From Escherichia coli (GTDB lineage Bacteria > Pseudomonadota > Gammaproteobacteria > Enterobacterales > Enterobacteriaceae): a stretch of 64,000 nucleotides of DNA. Below, piece after piece: positions 30,264 to 39,796 of this stretch (position 1 is its first letter; every line of letters starts with the position of its first letter). Location of the stretch: the NCBI RefSeq assembly GCF_001677475.2, contig NZ_CP015229.1; one strand, given 5' to 3'. Both the position numbers and the translations under genes were made by a program. Under the pieces are notes generated by a model. It was given only the letters and a program-made list of their open reading frames with translations. It searched no databases and was not told the origin of the DNA.

Positions 30264-30839
30264 ATGAAAATCAGAGCGGTGAAAGGTATCAGAAACGCAC
30301 ATTATCTTGAAAATGGTGCGGTTGACTGCGAGGTGTTATTTGAAGGTGAAACGGAGTTCGCCCTGTATACTGCCATACAGGATGATATGGCCCCGACAGG
30401 CCAGCACATCTGGCAGGAGCTGCAAAGCGGGAAATGGGGCGAAATCGCCCCGTTCACCGTCACGCCGGAACTTATTGCAGCGGCAAAGGATGCCAAAAGG
30501 CGGGAAATTGAGGCATGGCGCGACAGTCAGGAAAACGTTGAGTTTATTTTCACGTTTGATGGCCGTCGTTTTGATGGCGGAAAAACCTCGCAGTCACGCC
30601 TTGCCCCCGTGGTTGCAGCAGCGCAGGCCGGACTGCTTCCGGAGGGATTTTTCTGGACTGATGCGGATAATAACAACGTCGTACTGACCAGGGAGAAACT
30701 TATTGCGCTGAACGATGCCATGATGGTGGCCATGGTGGCGGAGGGCTTTAAAATCCACGAACGCCAGCGCGAGATGAAAGAGCAACTTTCCCTGCTGTCC
30801 ACACTGAGCGATATAAGAGCGTTAACGCCCGGTTATTAA
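30264..30839 (+). CDS. tail fibre assembly chaperone (second copy)
   Basis: 191 aa; GAGGAA RBS. Confidence 0.7.
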   Translation: MKIRAVKGIRNAHYLENGAVDCEVLFEGETEFALYTAIQDDMAPTGQHIWQELQSGKWGEIAPFTVTPELIAAAKDAKRREIEAWRDSQENVEFIFTFDGRRFDGGKTSQSRLAPVVAAAQAGLLPEGFFWTDADNNNVVLTREKLIALNDAMMVAMVAEGFKIHERQREMKEQLSLLSTLSDIRALTPGY

Positions 30840-30863
30840 GTCATCATTTTGTATAGTTTATAA

Positions 30864-30887
30864 CGATCGATACAATCGTATCGATCG
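30864..30887. promoter_or_regulatory. palindrome with two GATC sites upstream of com-mom (candidate Dam-sensitive operator)
   Basis: CGATCGATA-CAATCG-TATCGATCG, perfect 9-bp inverted repeat, GATC at 30865 and 30883. Confidence 0.5.
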
Positions 30888-30961
30888 TCAGTTTGCATCA
30901 TCTGTGATTAAATACCCTGGCCCTCAGGGCTATCGTATCTGGTTAATACACAGGTGGGATC

Positions 30962-31147
30962 ATGGATGCTGTTCGTTGTAAAAACTGCAATAAATTGCTG
31001 TTTAAAGGAAGTTTTAAGCATATAGAAATCAAATGCCCTCGTTGTAAACGTTACATTGTCATGTCGAGTGCCCGGGAGCATCCCACGGAGCTGTATTGTG
31101 GGAAAAGAGAAGAAATCACGCATCCTTACAAAACCCTGCGTTATTGA
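30962..31147 (+). CDS. com: Com zinc-finger translational activator of mom
   Basis: 61 aa; [33 protein letters not shown]...THPYKTLRY closely resembles Mu Com. Confidence 0.85.
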   Translation: MDAVRCKNCNKLLFKGSFKHIEIKCPRCKRYIVMSSAREHPTELYCGKREEITHPYKTLRY

Positions 31148-31793
31148 GTATGAAGGCCGTATTGTCGGCTATGGTTCAAGGGAACTGCGCGTTGAAACCA
31201 TATCCTGCTGGCTGGCCCGCACAATCATTCAGACAAAGCACTATTCCCGCCGTTTTGTGAATAACTCCTGGTTGCATCTGGGGGTATTCAGCGGACGTGA
31301 TCTGGTTGGCGTTCTCCAGTGGGGATACGCCCTTAATCCCAACTCAGGGCGTCGGGTCGTGCTGGAAACGGATAACCGGGGCTATATGGAACTGAACCGC
31401 ATGTGGTTACACGACGACATGCCCCGCAACTCTGAATCACGGGCTATCAGCTACGCACTGAAAACCATCAGGTTACTGTATCCATCAGTGGAGTGGGTTC
31501 AGTCCTTTGCAGACGAACGCTGCGGACGTGCAGGTGTTGTGTATCAGGCATCTAATTTTGATTTTATTGGTAGCCATGAAAGCACGTTCTACGAGCTGGA
31601 CGGCGAGTGGTATCACGAGATAACGATGAACGCGATTAAGCGTGGAGGACAACGAGGCGAGTATTTGCGGGCTAATAAGGAGCGGGCGGTGGTACACAAA
31701 TTTAATCAGTATCGCTACATCAGATTCCTGAACAAGCGCGCAAAAAAGCGACTAAATACTAAGCTATTCAGGATTCAGCCATACCCGAAGTGA
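31098..31793 (+). CDS. mom: Mom DNA adenine modification protein
   Basis: No in-frame ATG near 5' end; GTG 31098 (GGAG 9 nt upstream) gives 231 aa; overlaps com by 50 nt. Confidence 0.8.
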   Translation: MGKEKKSRILTKPCVIEYEGRIVGYGSRELRVETISCWLARTIIQTKHYSRRFVNNSWLHLGVFSGRDLVGVLQWGYALNPNSGRRVVLETDNRGYMELNRMWLHDDMPRNSESRAISYALKTIRLLYPSVEWVQSFADERCGRAGVVYQASNFDFIGSHESTFYELDGEWYHEITMNAIKRGGQRGEYLRANKERAVVHKFNQYRYIRFLNKRAKKRLNTKLFRIQPYPK

Positions 31794-31814
31794 TCCCACG
31801 TAATGAATAAAAAA

Positions 31815-31837
31815 GCAGCGGCCAATGCCGCTGTTTT

Positions 31838-31838
<1 letters not shown>
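31815..31838 (+). terminator. rho-independent terminator after mom
   Basis: GCAGCGGC-CAAT-GCCGCTG then TTTT. Confidence 0.55.
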
Positions 31839-32244
<406 letters not shown>

Positions 32245-32356
32245 TTGTCATTTGTTACCGGTCAGTCTACACATTTCAGATGCTGCGTTAAAAAACCCAA
32301 GTACTTCAAGTAGCACATCGTCATCAACACCCAGCCCCAAGATACGGTGATAAAAT

Positions 32357-33390
32357 TCAAGCCTTAAGAGGCTTTGTGTATGTTCGTGTAATCCATCCAG
32401 TAATAAACTCGTCCCCTGATTTAACCTGCACGAAAAGCCATTGGCGATCTTTTTTATCTAAAACAGCCACTATAGTATTTTTGCCAATGCATTCAATCAC
32501 CTCACTATTTATAGAAGGACTGACGTGTAATCTTACGTTCTCACCAGTTATAAAACGAAAACCATTGAGATCTTCCCAACTAATTTCTTTGTTTTCTTTA
32601 ATTAATTGTTGTTTTGATATTGGTTTATCCTCAAACAGAGATATAAAATATGATTCTGCCTTGTGTATTCCCAGCAAGGTTTTCTCTTTTCCGTAATCAA
32701 TAAAAGCACCAAACACAACTTGAGAAAATATAACCATTAGTAACCATTGCAGTGGATAAGGAAGCTCTTTAAATGAATCAACAAACTTTGAGCTAGGTTT
32801 ATTTAATCCTTTATTTTGAACATTACTTTTGGTGTGTGATGTTTCAGTAGCACCTTCAGCATAAGCCTGCGCAATAGATGAAATCCCCTGCTCTATTATT
32901 TGATGTAATGAAGCATTTCTTGTTCTAGCATAGTGATCTAGTACTTTCTTTATGTCTTGGCTTACATCTGTTTTATAACTTGCACTTTGTTGTAATTCTT
33001 TAAGTATCGCTTGCATGTTATTTAAACCAGCTTGCTTATTAAGCACCTCAAGCTGTTTTCGTAATGGCATAGCTATTTCGGCCTGTTTCCTTAGCATTTG
33101 AATATATCTATTTGCGTCATGAGGGAAAAGAGCCTGAGTCTGTTTCTGTAAAATCGCGATATGTTCACGATACTTGCTGCCTATTCCAGCCAAGTTCGGC
33201 ATACTAGCCAATTGTTTTCGAAGAGAGTTACTAATTACAGCTTGTCTATTCAATCTTGTCATATTTTGAAAAGAATGTTTTTCTATTCCTAATTGTTTTT
33301 GCAAGATCGCTACGTGATCTTTGTATGATGGAATGAGCACTGACTGTTTATACAGTAACTTCAACTCATTAGAATTAGTAATTTTTGTCA
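32357..33390 (-). CDS. membrane protein with internal repeats and SH3-like C-terminal domain (sim-region)
   Basis: AT-rich; repeats HVAILQKQ / EHIAILQKQ, one TM, C-terminal beta-rich domain; start uncertain. Confidence 0.45.
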
Positions 33391-33465
33391 TATTATTCCA
33401 TTTATATAATAGAATATTACGCAACCAATGTTTTATTGATTGCGTTAATCTTTAACACAGAAAGA

Positions 33466-33942
33466 TCATTTGCCTCGTTTAATACATCCATCCATTTTGG
33501 CTTGTTGATACAACTTACTTAGCCCAGAAAGAGGGAATGTAGCAATTTTTTCATTATCAACATAAGCATCAATCATATTAGCATTTGAATCTGCTGCATC
33601 TTGCCAAAAGGCATACCACCAAGAATCTCCAACCATTGATCCAAGATTGCTAAAAGGATATTGCTCACCATCTATAGTTAATACTATTTTATTCTTGTCA
33701 GCATTATACTCTTTTTTATTATTCGACGAACTTAGCAACAAGCCTAAACTACCTGCACTATCTGGTGAACCATACATGAATCCCATATCACATAAAAAAC
33801 TTATCTTATCACCATTATGATTATGGATTGTATATTCTCTCCCCCCTCTCTCTTCAATTACATTCCATTGTAGAGGATCAATTTTTGCAAATGTTCCTGC
33901 TGAAACTAACGATACAAATAATAAAAACCATCTCATATTCAT
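33466..33942 (-). CDS. secreted protein with signal peptide (sim-region)
   Basis: 158 aa; N-terminus MNMRWFLLFVSLVSAGTFA; AT-rich. Confidence 0.55.
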   Translation of the reverse strand: MNMRWFLLFVSLVSAGTFAKIDPLQWNVIEERGGREYTIHNHNGDKISFLCDMGFMYGSPDSAGSLGLLLSSSNNKKEYNADKNKIVLTIDGEQYPFSNLGSMVGDSWWYAFWQDAADSNANMIDAYVDNEKIATFPLSGLSKLYQQAKMDGCIKRGK

Positions 33943-33964
33943 TCTTTTCGCTTCTTATCTGTAA

Positions 33965-34315
33965 TTATTCTGCAATATCATTTGCCCATTGCACGGCAGC
34001 AAAATGAGTACCCAAACCACTCAGGAAAGCAATTACCCCCAAAACAATACTTGCTGCTGTTGATTCAAACAAAGTACCAATACTATAGCCAATAGCTCCC
34101 CATACTAAGCTAAATACAATCATCAATGGTATTGCCAGAAATTTTATTCTTAAACTAAAAATCAGTCCAAGAAAAGAACCGCCAAAGGCCCACCATGATT
34201 TAGACATTAAACCTATCAGTATTGACAGAATTCCTATTTCAATAAAGAGAATATTAGATTGCTCTTCATTGAATTTCGCATTTGTTACACCTTTACGAAC
34301 ATGTTCAGATGACAT
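33965..34315 (-). CDS. small multi-pass membrane protein (sim-region)
   Basis: 116 aa; AGGAG RBS; 3 hydrophobic segments. Confidence 0.55.
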   Translation of the reverse strand: MSSEHVRKGVTNAKFNEEQSNILFIEIGILSILIGLMSKSWWAFGGSFLGLIFSLRIKFLAIPLMIVFSLVWGAIGYSIGTLFESTAASIVLGVIAFLSGLGTHFAAVQWANDIAE

Positions 34316-34453
34316 GATTAACTATCTCCTGCCACAGATAAAACGCCTTAAAATAACATTTTGTAGCATAAAGTTTCACCATGCAATGGTCAAAATCTTT
34401 GACCCATATCAATTAAACTCATACATTTTAGTTACCAGGGAAATAATTTACAT

Positions 34454-34470
34454 GGTTACAAGTTGCTCTA
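34454..34470. promoter_or_regulatory. C1 repressor operator-like 17-mer upstream of immI
   Basis: GTTGCTCTAATTATTTT versus P1 consensus ATTGCTCTAATAAATTT. Confidence 0.45.
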
Positions 34471-34654
34471 ATTATTTTATTTTTTTAGCTTCATATGCTA
34501 CATTAACTTGCTTGCGTGCTAATGCATTTTCGGTTTATCCTAAACAGGCATCTTAGTAAAATGGATGCCGGGATTGGAACCCCGGATAATGCAAAAGGCG
34601 ACACAGACGCCAAAAGCGTCTTTTTTTGTGTCATGCCATCGCACAGCCATACGT

Positions 34655-34745
34655 AGCACATAGCTCCGAGATCAATGGTAGTGCTGGCTGGGCTGCCGAA
34701 AGGCAGGCCGGTTCCCTTTTGCGCCGGTAGTTCCAACCCAGTCAG
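34655..34745 (+). ncRNA. c4: c4-like antisense regulatory RNA region of immI (boundaries approximate)
   Basis: Segments complementary to GATTGGAACC / CCATTGAG elements present upstream (34571) and at the icd RBS (34754-34770); position between operator and icd. Confidence 0.4.
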
Positions 34746-34812
34746 TGCTACCGCCATTGAGATTGGAACCTCACGCGGTAGCTCCTTAAATTAGCAAAAG
34801 GAGGCTGCCATT

Positions 34813-35034
34813 GTGGCTACTATCCCTACCCCTACTCATCCTGAATTTATCTGGCGCTTTTACTCCTGCCAAAAACACCACTATCACTTCGTTATCGCAG
34901 CAACAGAAGACGAAGCACGCTCTCAATTGCCTGATGGCCCCTGCATTTTTACTGCCCGTTTTTCAACTAACTCGCGCAATTCACTTAGTTACTGGAACCT
35001 CCCCTTCTCTGCCGACGTTCAGGGGGGTTTATGA
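34813..35034 (+). CDS. icd: Icd-like cell-division interference protein
   Basis: 73 aa; GTG start after AAAGGAGG; stop overlaps ant start. Confidence 0.6.
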   Translation: MATIPTPTHPEFIWRFYSCQKHHYHFVIAATEDEARSQLPDGPCIFTARFSTNSRNSLSYWNLPFSADVQGGL

Positions 35035-36074
35035 AAAAACCTCTCGTCACCCGGAATGAAATAGCCGAAGCGATCGCCCTGCATACTGCCTGTATGCCGA
35101 CACGGGAGATCCCCGGCGCAATTGCCAACTATTTCATGATAACCAAGCGTTTTTATACCCGGATAGATAAGGCTGTGATCAACAGGCTACTGATAGCCGA
35201 GATCAGGGATTATTTGATTGAACAAGGACGTCTACGTTACGCAACAGTGGCAGCAGAAATGAGAAAGGAGGCACATAGAATGACCGGTAATAATTTGAAT
35301 GTTGAAAAACCAGCACCTGTTGCTTCAGCTACGCCAGCACCAGCCGTGAATGTCATCCCCAACACCGGAGACACAATCGACAGCCAAACATTGTTGAAGA
35401 TGGTCAATGAGGCACGCAAGTTATGTGGAGAACCATTGGTTAGAAACAATAAATTCATCGAAAAAATACTCGACGAATTAGAAGGTGAGGACGGTTACAC
35501 AAAAAGTGCAACCGTGCCGCCAGGTGGCGGTACGCCTATGGTTGTCATAACCATGACCTACAAACAAGCCCTGCGAGTTGCCGCGCGCGAGTCAAAAGCG
35601 GTCCGCCGTTCGCTGATCGACAAACTGGAAGAATTGCAGCAGGCAAACTCCCCTGCCCCATCGATCCCCCAAACATTACCAGAAGCTCTACGCCTGGCTG
35701 CCGAGTTGGCAGAACAGAAAATGCAGTTGGAACAACAGCTGGTGGCCGCAGCCCCTAAAGTCGATTTTGCCGACCGGGTATCAGTGGCCAATGGAATCCT
35801 GATCGGGAACTTTGCAAAGGTCGTTGGACTTAAGCAAAACGCCCTTTTCTCATGGTTGCGCCAGAGCGGCATTCTCATGGCTTTTGGTGAGCGCAAAAAC
35901 GTACCGCGCCAGCAATACATTAATGCCGGGTATTTCACGGTGAAAGAAGTGGTGCTGGATGATGAAAATGGCTACCAGATACGGCTGACGCCCCAATTAA
36001 CGGGTAAAGGCCAGCAGTGGTTAACTCGCAAGCTACTTGATGCTGGTTTGTTAAAACCAGTAGCAATAGGTTAA
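35031..36074 (+). CDS. ant: antirepressor Ant (KilAC-type C-terminal domain)
   Basis: 347 aa; C-terminal block AAPKVDFADRVSVANGILIGNFAKVVGLKQN; in-frame internal Met for a shorter form. Confidence 0.75.
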   Translation: MKKPLVTRNEIAEAIALHTACMPTREIPGAIANYFMITKRFYTRIDKAVINRLLIAEIRDYLIEQGRLRYATVAAEMRKEAHRMTGNNLNVEKPAPVASATPAPAVNVIPNTGDTIDSQTLLKMVNEARKLCGEPLVRNNKFIEKILDELEGEDGYTKSATVPPGGGTPMVVITMTYKQALRVAARESKAVRRSLIDKLEELQQANSPAPSIPQTLPEALRLAAELAEQKMQLEQQLVAAAPKVDFADRVSVANGILIGNFAKVVGLKQNALFSWLRQSGILMAFGERKNVPRQQYINAGYFTVKEVVLDDENGYQIRLTPQLTGKGQQWLTRKLLDAGLLKPVAIG

Positions 36075-36085
36075 TAAAAGAAAAA

Positions 36086-36112
36086 AACCTGCCAGCAAAC
36101 TGGCAGGTTTCT
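36086..36112 (+). terminator. terminator after ant
   Basis: AACCTGCCAG-CAAA-CTGGCAGGTT then T-rich. Confidence 0.5.
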
Positions 36113-36152
36113 GAGCAGATCGTCCAACCCGATCTGGATCGAGTTAGAAAAA

Positions 36153-36169
36153 TTTGCTCTAATAAATTT
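36153..36169. promoter_or_regulatory. C1 operator-like 17-mer upstream of kilA-repL
   Basis: TTTGCTCTAATAAATTT, 16/17 to P1 consensus. Confidence 0.55.
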
Positions 36170-36238
36170 CGTTTTATAAGTGCAAATAATCACCATTTCG
36201 AGCTGGTGATTGAAGGTTGATGCAAATTTGGAGAAAAA

Positions 36239-37039
36239 ATGCAACAAACATTCAATGCGGATATGAATATATCAAACCTTCATCAAAATGTCGATCCTTC
36301 AACCACTCTGCCCGTTATTTGTGGTGTTGAAATTACGACCGACCGCGCTGGCCGTTACAACCTTAATGCTCTACACAGAGCGAGCGGACTCGGTGCCCAT
36401 AAAGCGCCAGCTCAATGGCTAAGAACGCTGTCAGCCAAACAGCTCATCGAAGAGCTTGAAAAAGAAACTATGCAGAATTGCATAGTTTCGTTCGAAGGCC
36501 GTGGCGGCGGCACGTTTGCCCATGAATTGCTCGCTGTGGAGTACGCAGGCTGGATTTCTCCCGCGTTTCGGCTGAAGGTAAACCAGACATTTATCGACTA
36601 TCGAGCCGGAAGATTACAACCTGCTATTCCGCAGAGTCTCCCTGAAGCTCTCCGTTTGGCTGCCGACCTGGCAGAGCAAAAGCAACGGCTGGAGCAAAAA
36701 ATGCTTATGGATGCACCTAAAGTCGAATTCGCCGAACGCGTTGCTACCGCCAGCGGGGTTCTAATCGGCAACTATGCCAAAGTGCTCGGCCTGGGCCAAA
36801 ACTATCTCTTCACCTGGTTGCGTGATAACGGAATTCTGATCGCAACCGGTGAACGCAGGAACGTCCCCAAACAAGAATACATATCCCATGGGTATTTCAC
36901 CCTTAAAGAAACCGTGATCGATACAAGCAATGGAAGCAGGATTTCTTTCACGACTCGTATAACCGGCAAAGGTCAGCAGTGGCTGATGAAGCGATTGCTT
37001 GATGCTGGTGTGCTGGTACCTGTCGCGGCAACGCGCTAA
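36239..37039 (+). CDS. kilA: KilA (KilA-N plus KilAC domains)
   Basis: 266 aa; C-terminal half paralogous to Ant C-terminus. Confidence 0.7.
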   Translation: MQQTFNADMNISNLHQNVDPSTTLPVICGVEITTDRAGRYNLNALHRASGLGAHKAPAQWLRTLSAKQLIEELEKETMQNCIVSFEGRGGGTFAHELLAVEYAGWISPAFRLKVNQTFIDYRAGRLQPAIPQSLPEALRLAADLAEQKQRLEQKMLMDAPKVEFAERVATASGVLIGNYAKVLGLGQNYLFTWLRDNGILIATGERRNVPKQEYISHGYFTLKETVIDTSNGSRISFTTRITGKGQQWLMKRLLDAGVLVPVAATR

Positions 37040-37068
37040 CAGACGTAGTAAGAACCACCAGCATTGTA

Positions 37069-37914
37069 ATGCTGGCTAAAGTCACTTTCCTGAGCTGTAT
37101 AACGATGAGCGATTTTACTTTTTCTGGCTATGAATTGGCCTGCTTTGTAACACACTCCGGTCTATCCCGTAGCGCCGGGCATATCCTGTCGCAATGTGCA
37201 AATCTCGCGGCAACAACCAGTGAATACTTCATTCACAAGCCTCACCGCCTGATCGCGGCAGAAACTGGTTATAGCCAATCAACCGTCGTTCGTGCATTCC
37301 GTGAAGCTGTAAACAAAGGAATCCTGTCGGTAGAGATTGTTATCGGCGATCACCGTGAACGCCGCGCTAACCTGTACCGGTTTACACCATCCTTTTTAGC
37401 CTTTGCTCAACAAGCCAAAAATGCGCTAATTGAAAGCAAATTAAAGATCTCTTCAGCCGCAACCAAGGTTAAAGCTGTTCTCGCTAACACATTGGCTTTA
37501 TTTGATTTTTTATCCACACCCCCATGTCAAAATGATACCCCCTCCCCCTGTCAGGATGACGTGGCAATAAAGAATAAGAAGTCACAAATTAAAAAAACAA
37601 AAAGATCAGTTTCCGGCGGTACCGGAACGACCAGCCTCAAAAAACTGACTTCATGGATCGCTGAGGCAAAAGCAAAGGCTGACAATCTGCGGTTATCCAA
37701 AAAACGCGCTCAAAAACATGAGTTCAAGCAGAAAGTAGAGGCGGCAGCGCGGAAATATGCTTACCTGAAGAACAAGCGTTCTCCTGATATTGGCGGGATA
37801 TCAAACTTCGATAATCTGCCGCATTGCATGACGGTAAACGAAGCTCTTAATGAGGTTTTAGCCAAAAATAAAGATAACGAACAATGGGGTATACCGGCAG
37901 GATTCAGAGGTTAA
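37069..37914 (+). CDS. repL: RepL-like lytic replication initiator
   Basis: 281 aa; follows kilA; start uncertain (alternative ATG 37105). Confidence 0.65.
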   Translation: MLAKVTFLSCITMSDFTFSGYELACFVTHSGLSRSAGHILSQCANLAATTSEYFIHKPHRLIAAETGYSQSTVVRAFREAVNKGILSVEIVIGDHRERRANLYRFTPSFLAFAQQAKNALIESKLKISSAATKVKAVLANTLALFDFLSTPPCQNDTPSPCQDDVAIKNKKSQIKKTKRSVSGGTGTTSLKKLTSWIAEAKAKADNLRLSKKRAQKHEFKQKVEAAARKYAYLKNKRSPDIGGISNFDNLPHCMTVNEALNEVLAKNKDNEQWGIPAGFRG

Positions 37915-38082
37915 TGAATTGCTCTAATTAGAACTATACATACTTTCAACACTTCTAGTTTGCCATGAGGCAAACTCATAGGCGTCTTGGTAAGAGGACA
38001 CAGTTGCCAAAACTGGACGTCCCATTATTGCAATTAATAAACAACTAACGGACAATTCTACCTAACAATAAGTGGAGTTAAC

Positions 38083-38787
38083 ATGTTGAACCGAAGAACA
38101 TTTAATGTATTCTGCGATGAATCCTGTCACCTACTAAATGATCATAATAAAGTCATGGTATTGGGTGCGCTTTGGTGTCCAGGCACTATCACAAAAAAAA
38201 TTGCTAGAGACATCAAGGAATTAAAATTAAAACACAATCTAAAACCTGATTTCGAAATCAAGTGGACTAAAGTATCTGCGTCCAAAGTTGAATTTTACTT
38301 AGATGTCGTAGATTACTTCTTCAGCAACCCAGCATTGCGCTTTAGAGGTGTTGTTGTTCCTGATAAAGAGCAACTGGACCATGCTCGATTCCATCAAGAT
38401 CATAATACTTTCTATTATAAGATGTTTTTTTATGTCTTAAAAAACATAATAGAAAGTAACAACACATACAATATCTACCTAGATATAAAAGATACTTTAG
38501 GTATTGAAAAAATTGAGAAATTAAGAGGGGTTCTTCACAATGATCGCTATGATTACAATCATGAGTCGATAAACAGAATTCAACATATACGATCTCATGA
38601 AGTGCAACAATTGCAGCTAACGGATCTTTTCATTGGTGCGTTAGGCTACGTTCATCGAGGAATGAATAGCAACGCGGGAAAAATCCAAGTCATAAACAGG
38701 ATAAAATCACATACAAACAGGGAGTTACTAAAAAGCACTCTTCCAACAGAAAGTAAATTTAATATTTTCGTGTGGGAGGCTCGCTGA
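38083..38787 (+). CDS. DUF3800-like protein with N-terminal DES motif (rlfA position)
   Basis: 234 aa; GGAG RBS; MLNRRTFNVFCDESCHLLND; strongly AT-rich. Confidence 0.65.
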   Translation: MLNRRTFNVFCDESCHLLNDHNKVMVLGALWCPGTITKKIARDIKELKLKHNLKPDFEIKWTKVSASKVEFYLDVVDYFFSNPALRFRGVVVPDKEQLDHARFHQDHNTFYYKMFFYVLKNIIESNNTYNIYLDIKDTLGIEKIEKLRGVLHNDRYDYNHESINRIQHIRSHEVQQLQLTDLFIGALGYVHRGMNSNAGKIQVINRIKSHTNRELLKSTLPTESKFNIFVWEAR

Positions 38788-39251
38788 TGCTTCAAATGCC
38801 AGATTTATTGTACTTCAATGGAAGTTGGCAAGAGTATATAGACGATGTATATGATGTTGTCAGAGAAGATATTTTAATCTCTAATATAACGTTTAAGGGT
38901 CTCCCTGTTCGATTACGTTATTCACCGGAATATGATGGGAAAGAGTTCGGATTTTGGCATTTAGTATCAGAGGGAAAAATAGAAGAAGAACGTATACCCG
39001 ATCTTGAACGGTGCAAACGAATTCGCTGGATCGCGCATATGATAAGGAATTATAACCATTGCGATATATCATGTTGGTCTGAAAGACGAGGACCAACTGA
39101 AGAGTGGGTAATCTGGAATGAGTATGAAAACTACGTTGTTGTGCTATCCGCACGTAGAGACTATTGGCTTCTCAAAACAGCCTATGTTGTAACCTATGAC
39201 AGTAAAATCAGAACACTCAAACAAAGCAGAAAAAGAGCACTTGGGACATAA
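38787..39251 (+). CDS. partner protein of the DUF3800-like gene (rlfB position)
   Basis: 154 aa; ATG overlaps upstream stop (TGATG); GGGAGG RBS. Confidence 0.6.
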   Translation: MLQMPDLLYFNGSWQEYIDDVYDVVREDILISNITFKGLPVRLRYSPEYDGKEFGFWHLVSEGKIEEERIPDLERCKRIRWIAHMIRNYNHCDISCWSERRGPTEEWVIWNEYENYVVVLSARRDYWLLKTAYVVTYDSKIRTLKQSRKRALGT

Positions 39252-39257
39252 AAAGCT

Positions 39258-39289
39258 GAACCCGACACATATTACTATGTATCGGGTTC
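39258..39289. terminator. stem-loop between convergent genes
   Basis: GAACCCGA...TCGGGTTC 8-bp stem, 16-nt loop, no clear T-run. Confidence 0.35.
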
Positions 39290-39416
39290 GATCGCTCTTT
39301 CTACACATGGTAGATGAGTAAGGCAAATCTAACCGATCTACTTTAGCTTTTCAATAGCTAGCTATAACTTTCCGCACATATTCTTCTGATAATTACGGGA
39401 GAGCGGTTGGGTTTTC

Positions 39417-39713
39417 TCATGCTTTTCTGCGCAGAGAAGCACACTTATTCAGCAATAATAAATGCAATTCTTTGTTATCACTAAGTATTTCTACACACCA
39501 ATATCGTAACGTGTTCACTTCAAGTGTAGCCAGCACCTTATGTCGAAAAGCCCCCTCCCCTACACATAACGATGCCTGACATTCTGCTAAGGCACATAAC
39601 CATGTATTGGCATCATAGAGAATCCAATAATGCTCATCTGAAATAGTTATGCATCCAATTATTTCGAATCTTCTTTCTATCGTCTCAGGAGAGTATGAAA
39701 AATCAATTTCCAT
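39417..39713 (-). CDS. hypothetical small protein
   Basis: 98 aa ORF convergent with the AT-rich module. Confidence 0.45.
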   Translation of the reverse strand: MEIDFSYSPETIERRFEIIGCITISDEHYWILYDANTWLCALAECQASLCVGEGAFRHKVLATLEVNTLRYWCVEILSDNKELHLLLLNKCASLRRKA

Positions 39714-39796
39714 AACATGCTCAAAATCTATCTATACCGGCATAATTTAAGCACAAAAAAGCTCCCGTAGGAGCTTTAAAATACAAGGGATGACTT

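Noticed and set aside
30840-30961. Search for a gin-type invertase and invertible segment between tail fibres and com
   Set aside because: Only 120 bp of non-coding DNA separates the last chaperone gene from com, with no recombinase ORF and no long inverted repeats around the fibre genes
34269-34556. 95-aa + strand ORF
   Set aside because: Covers an AT-rich promoter/operator region upstream of immI and overlaps the start of a minus-strand gene; no RBS
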